DNA from: an uncultured Lachnospiraceae bacterium
GTDB taxonomy: Bacteria; Bacillota; Clostridia; Oscillospirales; CAG-272
Direction: 5' to 3'
Length of the DNA: 64,000 bases
Assembly: GCA_964490165.1 (NCBI GenBank)
Contig: CAZBAR010000008.1
Span: forward strand, 915 to 64,914
The notes under the pieces are model-generated. The model was not told the origin of the DNA and searched no databases. It saw only the letters and a list, made by a program, of their open reading frames with translations. The translations under genes and the position numbers were made by a program. Below are positions 36,085 to 44,408 of the stretch, piece by piece. The number at the start of each line of letters is the position of its first letter. Within the stretch, counting starts at the first letter, position 1.

Positions 36085-36462
36085 ATGTCATGGAGCTTTG
36101 ACAGATCCTCGCCGGTGTTCAGGCAGATCGCAGATACGGTGCGCCGCCGGATAGTTTGCGGAAGCTACGAAAAAGGCTCACAGCTGCCGTCAGTCCGTGA
36201 TCTGGCGATCGAAGCATCGGTAAACCCCAACACCGTACAGAGGGCTTTTTTAAGCCTCGAGGGCGACGGACTTATAGAAACACGCGGCACGCAGGGACGC
36301 TTTGTTACCGACAGCGACGAAAAAATACAGAGCGCAAGAAGCGCTCTTGCCGCAGAAAGAGTGATCAAATATTTTGAGGATATGGCGGGACTTGGCATCG
36401 CTGCTTCAGACGCCGCCGAGCTTATCAACAACTACAATGACGAGAAAGGAAGGATCAAATAA
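36085..36462 (+). CDS. GntR-family (YtrA-subfamily) transcriptional regulator
   Basis: MSWSFDRSSPVFRQIADTVRRRIVCGSYEKGSQLPSVRDLAIEASVNPNTVQRAF. The short ~125-aa form precedes an ABC ATPase. GGAGG lies upstream of ATG 36085. Confidence 0.88.
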   Translation: MSWSFDRSSPVFRQIADTVRRRIVCGSYEKGSQLPSVRDLAIEASVNPNTVQRAFLSLEGDGLIETRGTQGRFVTDSDEKIQSARSALAAERVIKYFEDMAGLGIAASDAAELINNYNDEKGRIK

Positions 36463-36464
36463 CA

Positions 36465-37166
36465 ATGGGAAACTCCATTATCGACTGCGTTCACCTGACC
36501 AAGAGCTACAACGGCTCGCGCGGACTTGACGATTTTACCGTAAGCCTGCCCCGCGGAAAGGTCATCGGTCTTCTGGGTCCTAACGGCAGCGGAAAGACAA
36601 CGCTTATAAAGCTTATGGCAGGACTGCTGACGCCCACATCAGGTATGCTTCTTGTTGACGGCAAGCCTGTGGGACATGAAACAAAATCCATCGTATCTTA
36701 TTTGCCTGAGCGGACATATTTTGAGCCCGGTATGAGGGTAAAAGAAACTGTAGAATACTTCAAGGAATTTTACGCTGACTTTGACAAGGCAAAGGCGGAG
36801 GATATGCTGCGCCGCCTGAATATTGACACGACAAAAAAGATGAAGGAGCTGTCGAAGGGCACGCGCGAAAAGGTGCAGCTCGTGCTTGTGATGTCACGCC
36901 GCGCCGCGCTTTATCTGCTTGACGAGCCTATCGGAGGCGTTGACCCCGCTACAAGAGAGTTTATACTCAGCACTATCGTTTCAAATTATTCTCCCGACTC
37001 CACCGTGCTTATATCCACCCATCTTATAAACGATGTGGAGAATATACTTGACGAATTTATATTTATAAACGAGGGAAGAATGACCCTTTACAACAACGCA
37101 GACAACGTGAGAAATGAGCTCGGCAAATCTGTTGACGAGCTTTTCAGGGAGGTATTCAAATGTTAG
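36465..37166 (+). CDS. ABC transporter ATP-binding protein
   Basis: Walker A GPNGSGKTT, signature LSKGTREK, Walker B LYLLDEP. Confidence 0.9.
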   Translation: MGNSIIDCVHLTKSYNGSRGLDDFTVSLPRGKVIGLLGPNGSGKTTLIKLMAGLLTPTSGMLLVDGKPVGHETKSIVSYLPERTYFEPGMRVKETVEYFKEFYADFDKAKAEDMLRRLNIDTTKKMKELSKGTREKVQLVLVMSRRAALYLLDEPIGGVDPATREFILSTIVSNYSPDSTVLISTHLINDVENILDEFIFINEGRMTLYNNADNVRNELGKSVDELFREVFKC

Positions 37167-37996
37167 CAAAGCTTTTCAAATATGACTTTAAGGCTATTTC
37201 CCGCATTTTGCTTCCCGCAACACTGCTGGCAGCTGCAATGACCGTGCTGGGTACTGCCGCGCTTAAAATAATAATAAACATTGTATCCGTCTCCGAATAT
37301 ACATTTGCGCGTTCCGCGCTGACGGCGGCGCTTACGGTCGTAGTTGTCTCCGCAGCGCTGGGCATTTTCGCCTATTCGGTAATAAGCGCAATTTCAGTAT
37401 ACGCGCGATTTTATAAAAACCTGTTTACAGACGAGGGATACCTCACCTTCACACTGCCTGTGAAGACCCACACTGTTATACTGTCAAAAATGTTTGCCGG
37501 CATTCTTTGGGAGCTGATAACGGCTGTCGTCGTTATTATTCTGGCGGGTGTAATGATATCAGTAGGCGCAGCGCCTCAGGGTGAGTTTATTAACGCAGAA
37601 TTGGTATCAGAATTATTTCGCGTCGTACTTAACGTGATAAAGCAATATCCTCTTGCTGTCACCATTGGAATTATCGCAATGCTGGCGCAGCTGCTTTACA
37701 ATCTGCTTATGATATTCCTTGCCATAACCATAGGAAGCACCGTTGCAAGAAAGCAGAAGATACTTGCATCCATAGGCTTTTACTTTGCTCTCAGCACCGG
37801 TATTTCAATAATTTCCTCCGTGCTCGTATTGGTATTCGCTATGATAGCAGGCACAAATATGATGTTTTATGAACTTAACGTCGAAACGTTAATGACATTG
37901 TATTTTGCAGCAACGGCAATTTTCTATGCCGTAATTGCCGCGGTCGAATTCTTCTTTGTCAATTACATTGCAAAGAATAAGCTGAATTTGGCATAA
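37160..37996 (+). CDS. Polytopic membrane protein (putative ABC-2-type permease partner)
   Basis: 278-aa hydrophobic protein. It overlaps the ATPase gene by 7 nt. Confidence 0.65.
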   Translation: MLAKLFKYDFKAISRILLPATLLAAAMTVLGTAALKIIINIVSVSEYTFARSALTAALTVVVVSAALGIFAYSVISAISVYARFYKNLFTDEGYLTFTLPVKTHTVILSKMFAGILWELITAVVVIILAGVMISVGAAPQGEFINAELVSELFRVVLNVIKQYPLAVTIGIIAMLAQLLYNLLMIFLAITIGSTVARKQKILASIGFYFALSTGISIISSVLVLVFAMIAGTNMMFYELNVETLMTLYFAATAIFYAVIAAVEFFFVNYIAKNKLNLA

Positions 37997-38034
37997 TATT
38001 GTTTTTGGGTATACCGATTTATATAAATAAATCA

Positions 38035-38070
38035 GCAAAAGCTCCTGCCGATGTCGGCAGGAGCTTTTGC
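38035..38070. terminator. Bidirectional terminator between the ABC-2 operon and the AbrB-like pseudogene
   Basis: GCAAAAGCTCCTGCCG-ATGT-CGGCAGGAGCTTTTGC, a perfect 16-bp stem. Confidence 0.8.
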
Positions 38071-38312
38071 TCAGTAGGTATGATCATTATTCAGTTTGCT
38101 TATACAGCTTCTGCAAATAAACCTTTTATTAAGTTCTTCCAAATCATCTTTGCCTCCGCAAAACACACAGGAATTACTTGGCTTTTTTATTACGACCTCT
38201 GTCCGTTATAAAAAATATGCAGCAGTTCCTTTTCCCTGAGATTTAACGCCTTTCGTATTTCCGAAGGAATAACTATCCTTCCTAGGTTGTCCAATGCTCT
38301 CATATTATCCAT
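38071..38312 (-). pseudogene. AbrB/SpoVT-family DNA-binding protein gene disrupted by a frameshift
   Basis: The minus strand reads MDNMRALDNLGRIVIPSEIRKALNLREKELLHIFYNGQRS then a stop (38190-38312). It continues in the -1 frame as RTEVVIKKPSNSCVFCGGKDDLEELNKRFICRSCISKLNNDHTY then a stop (38071-38205). Confidence 0.7.
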
Positions 38313-38550
38313 CAAATTTTATTGCCTCCATTTTCATATTATATTTATTGTAATTTATCTATCAGACCCTCTTTAATAAATATTACCACTGACATCACAC
38401 GATTTTTGTCGTTTTTCGTCCGCTAACATTTATTATTTTGCTTCCGATTGCTACATTACAATCAATTTCCATAATCGCCCGGCTAATATATACTATTTAT
38501 ATACTTACGGATAGTTTTTAATAAATATTTCAAGGTGAATATAAATAGGT

Positions 38551-38850
38551 ATGGAAGCGAATAAACTTATAACAGAATACAGGAACAAAAGAAATTTATC
38601 GCAGCTTGATGTGGCGGCAAAAGCCGGTATGAATATCAAGCATTATCAGGCGGTGGAAAGAGGCGATGTCCAGCCGCGCCTTAAGTCCTTATTAAAAATT
38701 GCAAATGCGATCGATATACCGTTTGACCTGATGTTCAAAGACTCCGGCAAGGACTTTCTGATCTATTCGGTCGCAGCTGAACTGGACAGATATGACAAGG
38801 AAGAATTGAAGATATTTTATAACATTTTAGGAGCTTACATAAATGAGTAA
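38551..38850 (+). CDS. XRE-family helix-turn-helix protein (99 aa)
   Basis: EYRNKRNLSQLDVAAKAGMNIKHYQAVERGDVQPRLKSLLKIANAIDIP, an HTH_XRE sequence. Confidence 0.8.
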   Translation: MEANKLITEYRNKRNLSQLDVAAKAGMNIKHYQAVERGDVQPRLKSLLKIANAIDIPFDLMFKDSGKDFLIYSVAAELDRYDKEELKIFYNILGAYINE

Positions 38851-39163
38851 TACAAAAAATGACGGTTTCGCTTTTTTCGGGGAAAGACTGCGGTATTACA
38901 GAAAAAAGCTCGGAATGACCCAAGCTCAGCTGGCTGAGAAAACAGACGTAAGCGAGCATTATGTCCGCCTTATTGAAAACGGTTACAGCGTACCGTCTGT
39001 TGATCTCTTTCTTGAGATATGCAAAAAGCTTGATATACCTGCATACAATCTTCTGCAAAGTGAAAATGAAGCCGTGCGTTTTACAAACCCAAAGCTGTAT
39101 GAGAAGCTGAGATCAATGAGTGAAGATCAGTTAAACTCTGTCTTAAATACTTTGTTCAGATAA
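38843..39163 (+). CDS. XRE-family helix-turn-helix protein (106 aa)
   Basis: FGERLRYYRKKLGMTQAQLAEKTDVSEHYVRLIENGYSVPSVDLFLEICKKLDIP. It overlaps the upstream XRE gene by 8 nt. Confidence 0.8.
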   Translation: MSNTKNDGFAFFGERLRYYRKKLGMTQAQLAEKTDVSEHYVRLIENGYSVPSVDLFLEICKKLDIPAYNLLQSENEAVRFTNPKLYEKLRSMSEDQLNSVLNTLFR

Positions 39164-39164
39164 G

Positions 39165-39295
39165 TTGTTGGGGATTTCGCCCTCTGCGGAGGGCGAGAAA
39201 CGTACTTCCCACCACAGTGGGAAGTACTGCCCTATCACTGCGCCGCCTCCCCCCAAAGGCGGGCAAAAACTTTTGGTTATTTTCTGATACACTAT
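39165..39295. repeat. Intergenic hairpin-repeat element, family 1 (copy E)
   Basis: TCGCCCTCTGCGGAGGGCGA, GTACTTCCCACCACAGTGGGAAGTAC, ..CCCCCCAAAGGCGGGCAAAAACTTTTGGTTATT. Confidence 0.75.
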
Positions 39296-39308
39296 AATTT
39301 CTCTAAAC

Positions 39309-39340
39309 AAAAAGCGCTGACCGCCGTCAGCGCTTTTTTA
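39309..39340. terminator. Bidirectional terminator between the XRE pair and the ynbB-like gene
   Basis: AAAAGCGCTGAC-CGCC-GTCAGCGCTTTTTT. Confidence 0.8.
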
Positions 39341-39344
39341 TCTT

Positions 39345-40619
39345 TTACTTTCTCTCTCCGCAGCGGTCGGCTGCCGCCATAACGCCCAGTCTTGCGCTTT
39401 CATATGTAAGTCCGCCCTGCATAAATGCAATATACGGCTCTCTCATAGGTCCGTCTGCGGACAGCTCGATAGACGAGCCGCCGACAAAAGCTCCAGCTGC
39501 CATAACAACGTCGTCATCATATCCCGGCATATCCCACGGTTCGGGTGAAACGTATGCGTCGATAGGCGACGCCGACTGTATTCCCCGGCAAAATTCTACC
39601 AGTCCCTCTCCGCTGTACAGCTTGACCGTCTGGATTATATCGTGGCGCGTCTCCAAAGGTGCCGGCGCAACGTCATATCCCAGTGCGTCAAACAAATACG
39701 CCGCAAGGTGTGCCGTCTTCAATGCCTGCGCCGTAGTATGAGGTGCATAGAAGATTCCACGCAGAAGATTTCTGTTCTGACCGAGTGATGCGCCCACCTC
39801 AAGACCTACTCCGGGGCAGGTAAGGCGGTAACCCGCCAGCTCTACGGCGCGGCTGCTGCCCACCAGATAGCCGCCCACGTCTGCCATTCCGCCGCCGGGA
39901 TTTTTAATAAGCGATCCTATCATAAGATCCACCGCACCGTCGCCGAAGCGTGTGTTACAAGGCTCGTACTCCTCGCAGAACTCGCCGTAGCAGTTATCAA
40001 GAACGACAAATATATCGTGCCCTGCTGCGCGGCGGCTGAAGCGTGCGATCTCGCATATCTCCTCAGTGGAAAGCGTTTTTCTGTCCATATATCCCTTTGA
40101 GCGCTGGATAAATACAATTTTAACACGCTCGCCGTACTGCTTCAGCGCCTTTTCTATACCGTCAAGATCCACTTCTCCGTCAGCCTTAAACGCCACCTCT
40201 GCGTATTCAACGCCGAAATCACGCAGGCTGCCGTTGCCGCTCGCGCCGCTGATCCCGATTACATCGCGCAGGGTATCGTATGGGGTGCCTGTAACAGACA
40301 GCATAACGTCCCCCGGACGAAGCAGTCCAAAGAGACCCACGGTCAGAGCGTGAGTGCCGCTGAGTATAGAGGGCCGCATAAAGCCTGCCTCTGCGCCGAA
40401 CACCTCTGCTGCGATCTTATCGATCGCGTCACGCCCGCGATCGCCGTAGCCATAGCCGGTGCTTGAAGCAAACATAGCCTCGGACACGCGGTTTTCGCGA
40501 AAAATATCCAAAACCTGCTCCTGACGAATTCTTGCCGTTTCATCTATTTTTTCAAAAACGCCGCGAAGCGCCGTTTCCGCTTCTCTTGCCAATTGCCTTG
40601 TTCTTTCAGAGATCTGCAT
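39345..40619 (-). CDS. YnbB-like PLP-dependent enzyme (Met_gamma_lyase / aluminium-resistance family)
   Basis: 424 aa. The N-terminus ...VLDIFRENRVSEAMFASSTGYGYGDRGRDAIDKIAAEVFGAEAGFMRPSILSGTHAL is characteristic of the family as I recall it. Confidence 0.72.
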   Translation of the reverse strand: MQISERTRQLAREAETALRGVFEKIDETARIRQEQVLDIFRENRVSEAMFASSTGYGYGDRGRDAIDKIAAEVFGAEAGFMRPSILSGTHALTVGLFGLLRPGDVMLSVTGTPYDTLRDVIGISGASGNGSLRDFGVEYAEVAFKADGEVDLDGIEKALKQYGERVKIVFIQRSKGYMDRKTLSTEEICEIARFSRRAAGHDIFVVLDNCYGEFCEEYEPCNTRFGDGAVDLMIGSLIKNPGGGMADVGGYLVGSSRAVELAGYRLTCPGVGLEVGASLGQNRNLLRGIFYAPHTTAQALKTAHLAAYLFDALGYDVAPAPLETRHDIIQTVKLYSGEGLVEFCRGIQSASPIDAYVSPEPWDMPGYDDDVVMAAGAFVGGSSIELSADGPMREPYIAFMQGGLTYESARLGVMAAADRCGERK

Positions 40620-40731
40620 AATTCTACCGTACCTTTTCAGACTTTTTACCTTATTATTTTATACAAAATCACTCCCTTTGTAAAGGGAGTGTGACGCTAT
40701 AAAAAAATTATGGCAATTTTCACCAAAATAG

Positions 40732-40760
40732 TTGATTTTTATGATGCTTTTGTGTATAAT
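40732..40760 (+). promoter_or_regulatory. Candidate sigma-A promoter of the cytidylate kinase-like gene
   Basis: TTGATT-17 nt-(TGtG)TATAAT. Confidence 0.55.
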
Positions 40761-40835
40761 ATATGTAGAAACATATTCCGGATCGAACACGGGGTATGTT
40801 TGCAGTCTAACGCAAAGAAAGGTATGGTAAACTAA

Positions 40836-41456
40836 ATGAATGGTGTTATAACCATAGGCAGAGAGCTGGGCAGCGGCGGACGTAGCATAGGCAAGCTGGT
40901 TGCGGAAAAGCTGGGCGTGCCCTATTACGACAGAGAACTTATCGACGAGGCGGCAAAGGAAAGCGGTCTTTCTCCCGATTTCATCGAACAGAATGAGCAG
41001 GCGATAACAGGAAGTTTTCTGTACAACCTTGCCATGGGCAACAGCTATACCTACGGTATGCTCGGTCTTTCCGGCACAAACACCCTGCCGCTTACCATGC
41101 AAGTCTTTCTGGCGCAGCAAAAGGTCATTCTCGAATATGCAAAAAACCCCTGCGTTATCGTAGGCCGCTGCTCCGATTTTATCCTCAGAGAGCGGGACGA
41201 TATTTTCAAGGTATTTATTTATTCAAATATGGAGAAACGCATAGAGCGCGCTATAGAGCGTTACGGCTGTGACAGAAAAAAGGCTATAGACCTTATAAAC
41301 AAAAGCGACAAGGGACGCAGCCGCCACTACTCCACCTTTACCGACTGGGATTGGGGCGACAGAACACACTATGATCTGCTGTTGAACAGCGGTTCTATAG
41401 GTGTAGATTTTGCAGCAGAGATCATCTGCGACTGTGTAAAAGATATCAACCTCTGA
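40836..41456 (+). CDS. Cytidylate kinase-like family protein
   Basis: MNGVITIGRELGSGGRSIGKLVAEKLGVPYYDRELI, typical of the CMPK-like AAA family. Confidence 0.78.
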   Translation: MNGVITIGRELGSGGRSIGKLVAEKLGVPYYDRELIDEAAKESGLSPDFIEQNEQAITGSFLYNLAMGNSYTYGMLGLSGTNTLPLTMQVFLAQQKVILEYAKNPCVIVGRCSDFILRERDDIFKVFIYSNMEKRIERAIERYGCDRKKAIDLINKSDKGRSRHYSTFTDWDWGDRTHYDLLLNSGSIGVDFAAEIICDCVKDINL

Positions 41457-41473
41457 TCGGATATAGATTTACA

Positions 41474-41510
41474 AAAAAAGGAAGCCGTGCAAACGGCTTT
41501 CTTTTTTATT
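41474..41510 (+). terminator. Terminator of the cytidylate kinase-like gene
   Basis: GAAGCCGT-GCAA-ACGGCTTTC followed by TTTTTTATT. Confidence 0.75.
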
Positions 41511-41561
41511 CAAAGGTTTTGAAGGGTCTCAGGGAGACTTTTCCTTAAAAAGTCTCCCTGA
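41511..41561. repeat. Intergenic repeat, family 2 (copy F)
   Basis: CAAAGGTTTTGAAGGGTCTCAGGGAGACTTTTCCTTAAAAAGTCTCCCTGA. Confidence 0.75.
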
Positions 41562-41586
41562 ATTCCTGAATTTGAACTATAACCTC

Positions 41587-42975
41587 TTATTTAACCGTTA
41601 CGACCTCAAGTCCGAGAAGCTTTGCGAAATAAGCCACCTCTTCAAGAGCCGCGCCGTATACCAGCGAAGAATGGTGTGTAACACCTGCGTTTGATATAGC
41701 CGCAAGGAAGTCGGCAACAGGCAGGGCGGGCTTCATCCAGCCGCGCACTGTACCCTCAAAGCCGTCGTTTTCAGCATCCTGCATCTCAACGGGAGAAATA
41801 AGCATCTTATATTTTTCAGCGTCCTTAAACACGTTTACAAACACAGCGCTGCCTGCCTTGTATCTGCCATAGCAAACTACCGGATCTTCAGCATCGCCGA
41901 AAACAAAGGGGATCTCCTTGATCTCAGGCTTATCGCCTGCGAGCGCCATATTGAACTCACCCATATGGGAAAGGAACAGTGTATTATTCTTCCAGTCAGG
42001 GCAGAATATCTCGACAAACGCCGCTGTATCAAAACCGCGCATCAGTGCGCCTGTAATTGCAGCAGTAAGCACGTCGCCCTCGCCTGCATAGCCGACGCCG
42101 CGCGCCATAGCCTTGCACGCTTCCATAAAGGGCATAACGCGAAGTCCGTTTTCAGGTCTGATCTCTCTGAAATTAACGGTGAACGCATCAAGCTTTTCCT
42201 TTTCAAGCCACTTTCTTACCGCAAGGCAGTTTCTGACTGTCTTTGCGTGGCTTTCACGGCTGAAGGGTGCAAGAACCTTGCAGCTTTCCATATCCTTTGC
42301 AATCTCAGCGTCGATCTCAGCGTCGGTCACTTCCTCGCCGAGGCGGGCAAGCTCAGCACCATCGGAGTATACGGCAGTAACACCGAAACGCTCTGCCAGC
42401 TCTTCGTCGCTGATAAGGAAATCGCCCATTCCGTCAAAGCTGCCGCCGATAGTTCCGACTCTGGAGCCCTTAAGCGATGCAGCGCCTGCTGCCGCACGGA
42501 CAAGGCGAGCCGCCTTTGCAACAACGTCGCTCTCAGGATAATGACCTGCCGCAATAGCGTAAGCCTTGCCGCGGCGTGAAAGCATACTTGTCATATCCAT
42601 AACGCCGTGGATACCGTGGTTTATGTTTATCTCCTCAGTGCTCTGCGCGGGGCTGAAATCAAAGGTCTCTGTAGTGTCCAGCACAACGATAGGCAGCTCA
42701 GTTCCTGCCAGCGCGTCAATAGACTCAAGAGAAGGAGAATATGCTGCGTGCCATGTTACAATGCAGTCAGCATCCTCTGCCTCAAATTTTGCAACGCACG
42801 CCTCAAACTCAGACTTTACGCGGCAAAATTCGTTGCGTATTACCTCAAAGCCCTCTGCCTCAAGCTCGCACGCAAGCTTTTCGTAAAAAGGCTCCAGACG
42901 ATCTCTGATAGTAAGACCGCAGTCGTCATACAGCTTGATGTAAAGTGGCATAAAGCCGATCTTGATCTTTTTCAT
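41587..42975 (-). CDS. L-arabinose/L-fucose isomerase-family protein
   Basis: 462 aa. MKKIKIGFMPLYIKLYDD... and NINHGIHGVMDM resemble the sugar isomerase family. Assignment is by memory only. Confidence 0.5.
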   Translation of the reverse strand: MKKIKIGFMPLYIKLYDDCGLTIRDRLEPFYEKLACELEAEGFEVIRNEFCRVKSEFEACVAKFEAEDADCIVTWHAAYSPSLESIDALAGTELPIVVLDTTETFDFSPAQSTEEININHGIHGVMDMTSMLSRRGKAYAIAAGHYPESDVVAKAARLVRAAAGAASLKGSRVGTIGGSFDGMGDFLISDEELAERFGVTAVYSDGAELARLGEEVTDAEIDAEIAKDMESCKVLAPFSRESHAKTVRNCLAVRKWLEKEKLDAFTVNFREIRPENGLRVMPFMEACKAMARGVGYAGEGDVLTAAITGALMRGFDTAAFVEIFCPDWKNNTLFLSHMGEFNMALAGDKPEIKEIPFVFGDAEDPVVCYGRYKAGSAVFVNVFKDAEKYKMLISPVEMQDAENDGFEGTVRGWMKPALPVADFLAAISNAGVTHHSSLVYGAALEEVAYFAKLLGLEVVTVK

Positions 42976-43013
42976 AAGTATTTTTCCTCAATTCAGATTA
43001 GATATATAGTATA

Positions 43014-44039
43014 TTAGAAGTTGATTCCGAAGAGTCTCCGGGCATTGCCGCACATAATGTCGTTTACGTCCTCGCGGGAGAGCTTCAGTTCCTCAGCGCA
43101 CTTCTTGAAGGCGCGAAGCTCCTCGTACATAAAGGTGGTGAGGTCTGTCTCGTCAGTCTCCTTCATATTGGGGTCGCCTGAAACATCACCGTAAGCGCCG
43201 CGGGGCACAACGTTTACATACTTGTTGTCCTCGCAAATGCGGTACATTCTCATTTTTGTAATAGGCATATCAGAACCGAACATCAGACGCTTTGTGCCCA
43301 CAGCCTCAATACACTTCACCATTGCAAGGGTAAGGGTGTTTGCCGTAAAGTCGAACATCATATTTTTTGTGTTTTTGAGCACCTCAAAAGCGTCGCCGAT
43401 ATCGGCGGGAACATAGGCGCGTCCGATATGAGCGATTATTACCTTGGCATTGGGGTACTTTTCTTCTATCTCCATCATCTGAGCCAGATTTACGGGGTCG
43501 CGAAGTCTGAGCGAGCGAGGAATGTGCAGCATAACGATGCCGCCGAGCTCATTCATGACCTCCATATGCTCGTGGGTAAGAAAATCGAAAATCCTCACCT
43601 CGTTTGCGGGAATATAGGAGGGAGAGTTGTTAAGATAAGGCTTTATGCCGGCAAAGCCGTTTGCCATAGCGGCTCTTATCTCGTCCTTTGTCGTGTCCCA
43701 GTTGGTGCAGAACAAAGCGGGAAGTCCCTCTTTTTTGCCGCACTCCAGCGCATAAGCGTTTACCTCGTCAAGACGGCAGGTGGGCATACCCATAATGACT
43801 GCCTTAACGTCCTTACCGGGGAACATCTGTAAAAATGACTGCTTCATATCCTCGATAGTGAGATCGGGAGCCACCATATGAGGCCAGTTTACGCAGCCTT
43901 TTCTGTTTTCCGGGCGCACACGCTGCATTTCTTCCTTGTAGATATGTACGTGAGCATCGATTATTTTGTCGGGCAGAAAGTCGCAAAGCTCTTCTTCGTA
44001 TACTTTTCTGTCGTAGTCGGTAACATTAACACCAAACAC
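43014..44039 (-). CDS. Amidohydrolase-family (TIM-barrel metal-dependent hydrolase) protein
   Basis: IIDAHVHIY metal motif near the N-terminus. Length is 341 aa. Start is GTG. Confidence 0.7.
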   Translation of the reverse strand: MFGVNVTDYDRKVYEEELCDFLPDKIIDAHVHIYKEEMQRVRPENRKGCVNWPHMVAPDLTIEDMKQSFLQMFPGKDVKAVIMGMPTCRLDEVNAYALECGKKEGLPALFCTNWDTTKDEIRAAMANGFAGIKPYLNNSPSYIPANEVRIFDFLTHEHMEVMNELGGIVMLHIPRSLRLRDPVNLAQMMEIEEKYPNAKVIIAHIGRAYVPADIGDAFEVLKNTKNMMFDFTANTLTLAMVKCIEAVGTKRLMFGSDMPITKMRMYRICEDNKYVNVVPRGAYGDVSGDPNMKETDETDLTTFMYEELRAFKKCAEELKLSREDVNDIMCGNARRLFGINF

Positions 44040-44197
44040 GGTATTATCGCCTGCCTTTGTAATTTTTTATTAAATAAGGGCAAAATGCCCACAATTCTTG
44101 CATTTTATTATAACTCAATCATACGGCTAAAGTCAACTGTTTTATATAAATATGAAAAAATCAAAGCAAAAAATGACGACGAATTTCAAAATAGGTA

Positions 44198-44226
44198 TTG
44201 ACAACGGAGACAAGCTCTGGTATAAT
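44198..44226 (+). promoter_or_regulatory. Consensus sigma-A promoter of tRNA-Thr
   Basis: TTGACA-17 nt-TATAAT, 16 nt upstream of the mature tRNA 5' end. Confidence 0.75.
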
Positions 44227-44242
44227 AAGTGTCGTTCCGAAT

Positions 44243-44318
44243 GCTGATATAGCTCAGTTGGCAGAGCACGTCATTGGTAATGACGAGGTCATGAGTTCGA
44301 ATCTCATTATCAGCTCCA
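44243..44318 (+). tRNA. tRNA-Thr (anticodon GGT)
   Basis: Folded by hand: acceptor GCTGATA/TATCAGC, D arm GCTC..GAGC, anticodon stem CGTCA/TGACG with loop TTGGTAA, T arm ATGAG-TTCGAAT-CTCAT, encoded CCA. Confidence 0.93.
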
Positions 44319-44347
44319 AAAAAGACGCTTTTGCGTCTTTTTTTGTT
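44319..44347 (+). terminator. Terminator of tRNA-Thr
   Basis: AAAAAGACGC-TTTT-GCGTCTTTTTTTG. Confidence 0.8.
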
Positions 44348-44408
44348 TTTAGCTGATAATGCGCATGGTACTGCATGGTATCATATTCTAAACAGTTTTT
44401 ATCAAACC

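Noticed and set aside
37999-38211. 70-aa plus-strand ORF after the ABC-2 operon
   Set aside because: It spans a strong bidirectional terminator. It is antisense to the AbrB-like reading frames, which give recognisable protein sequence.
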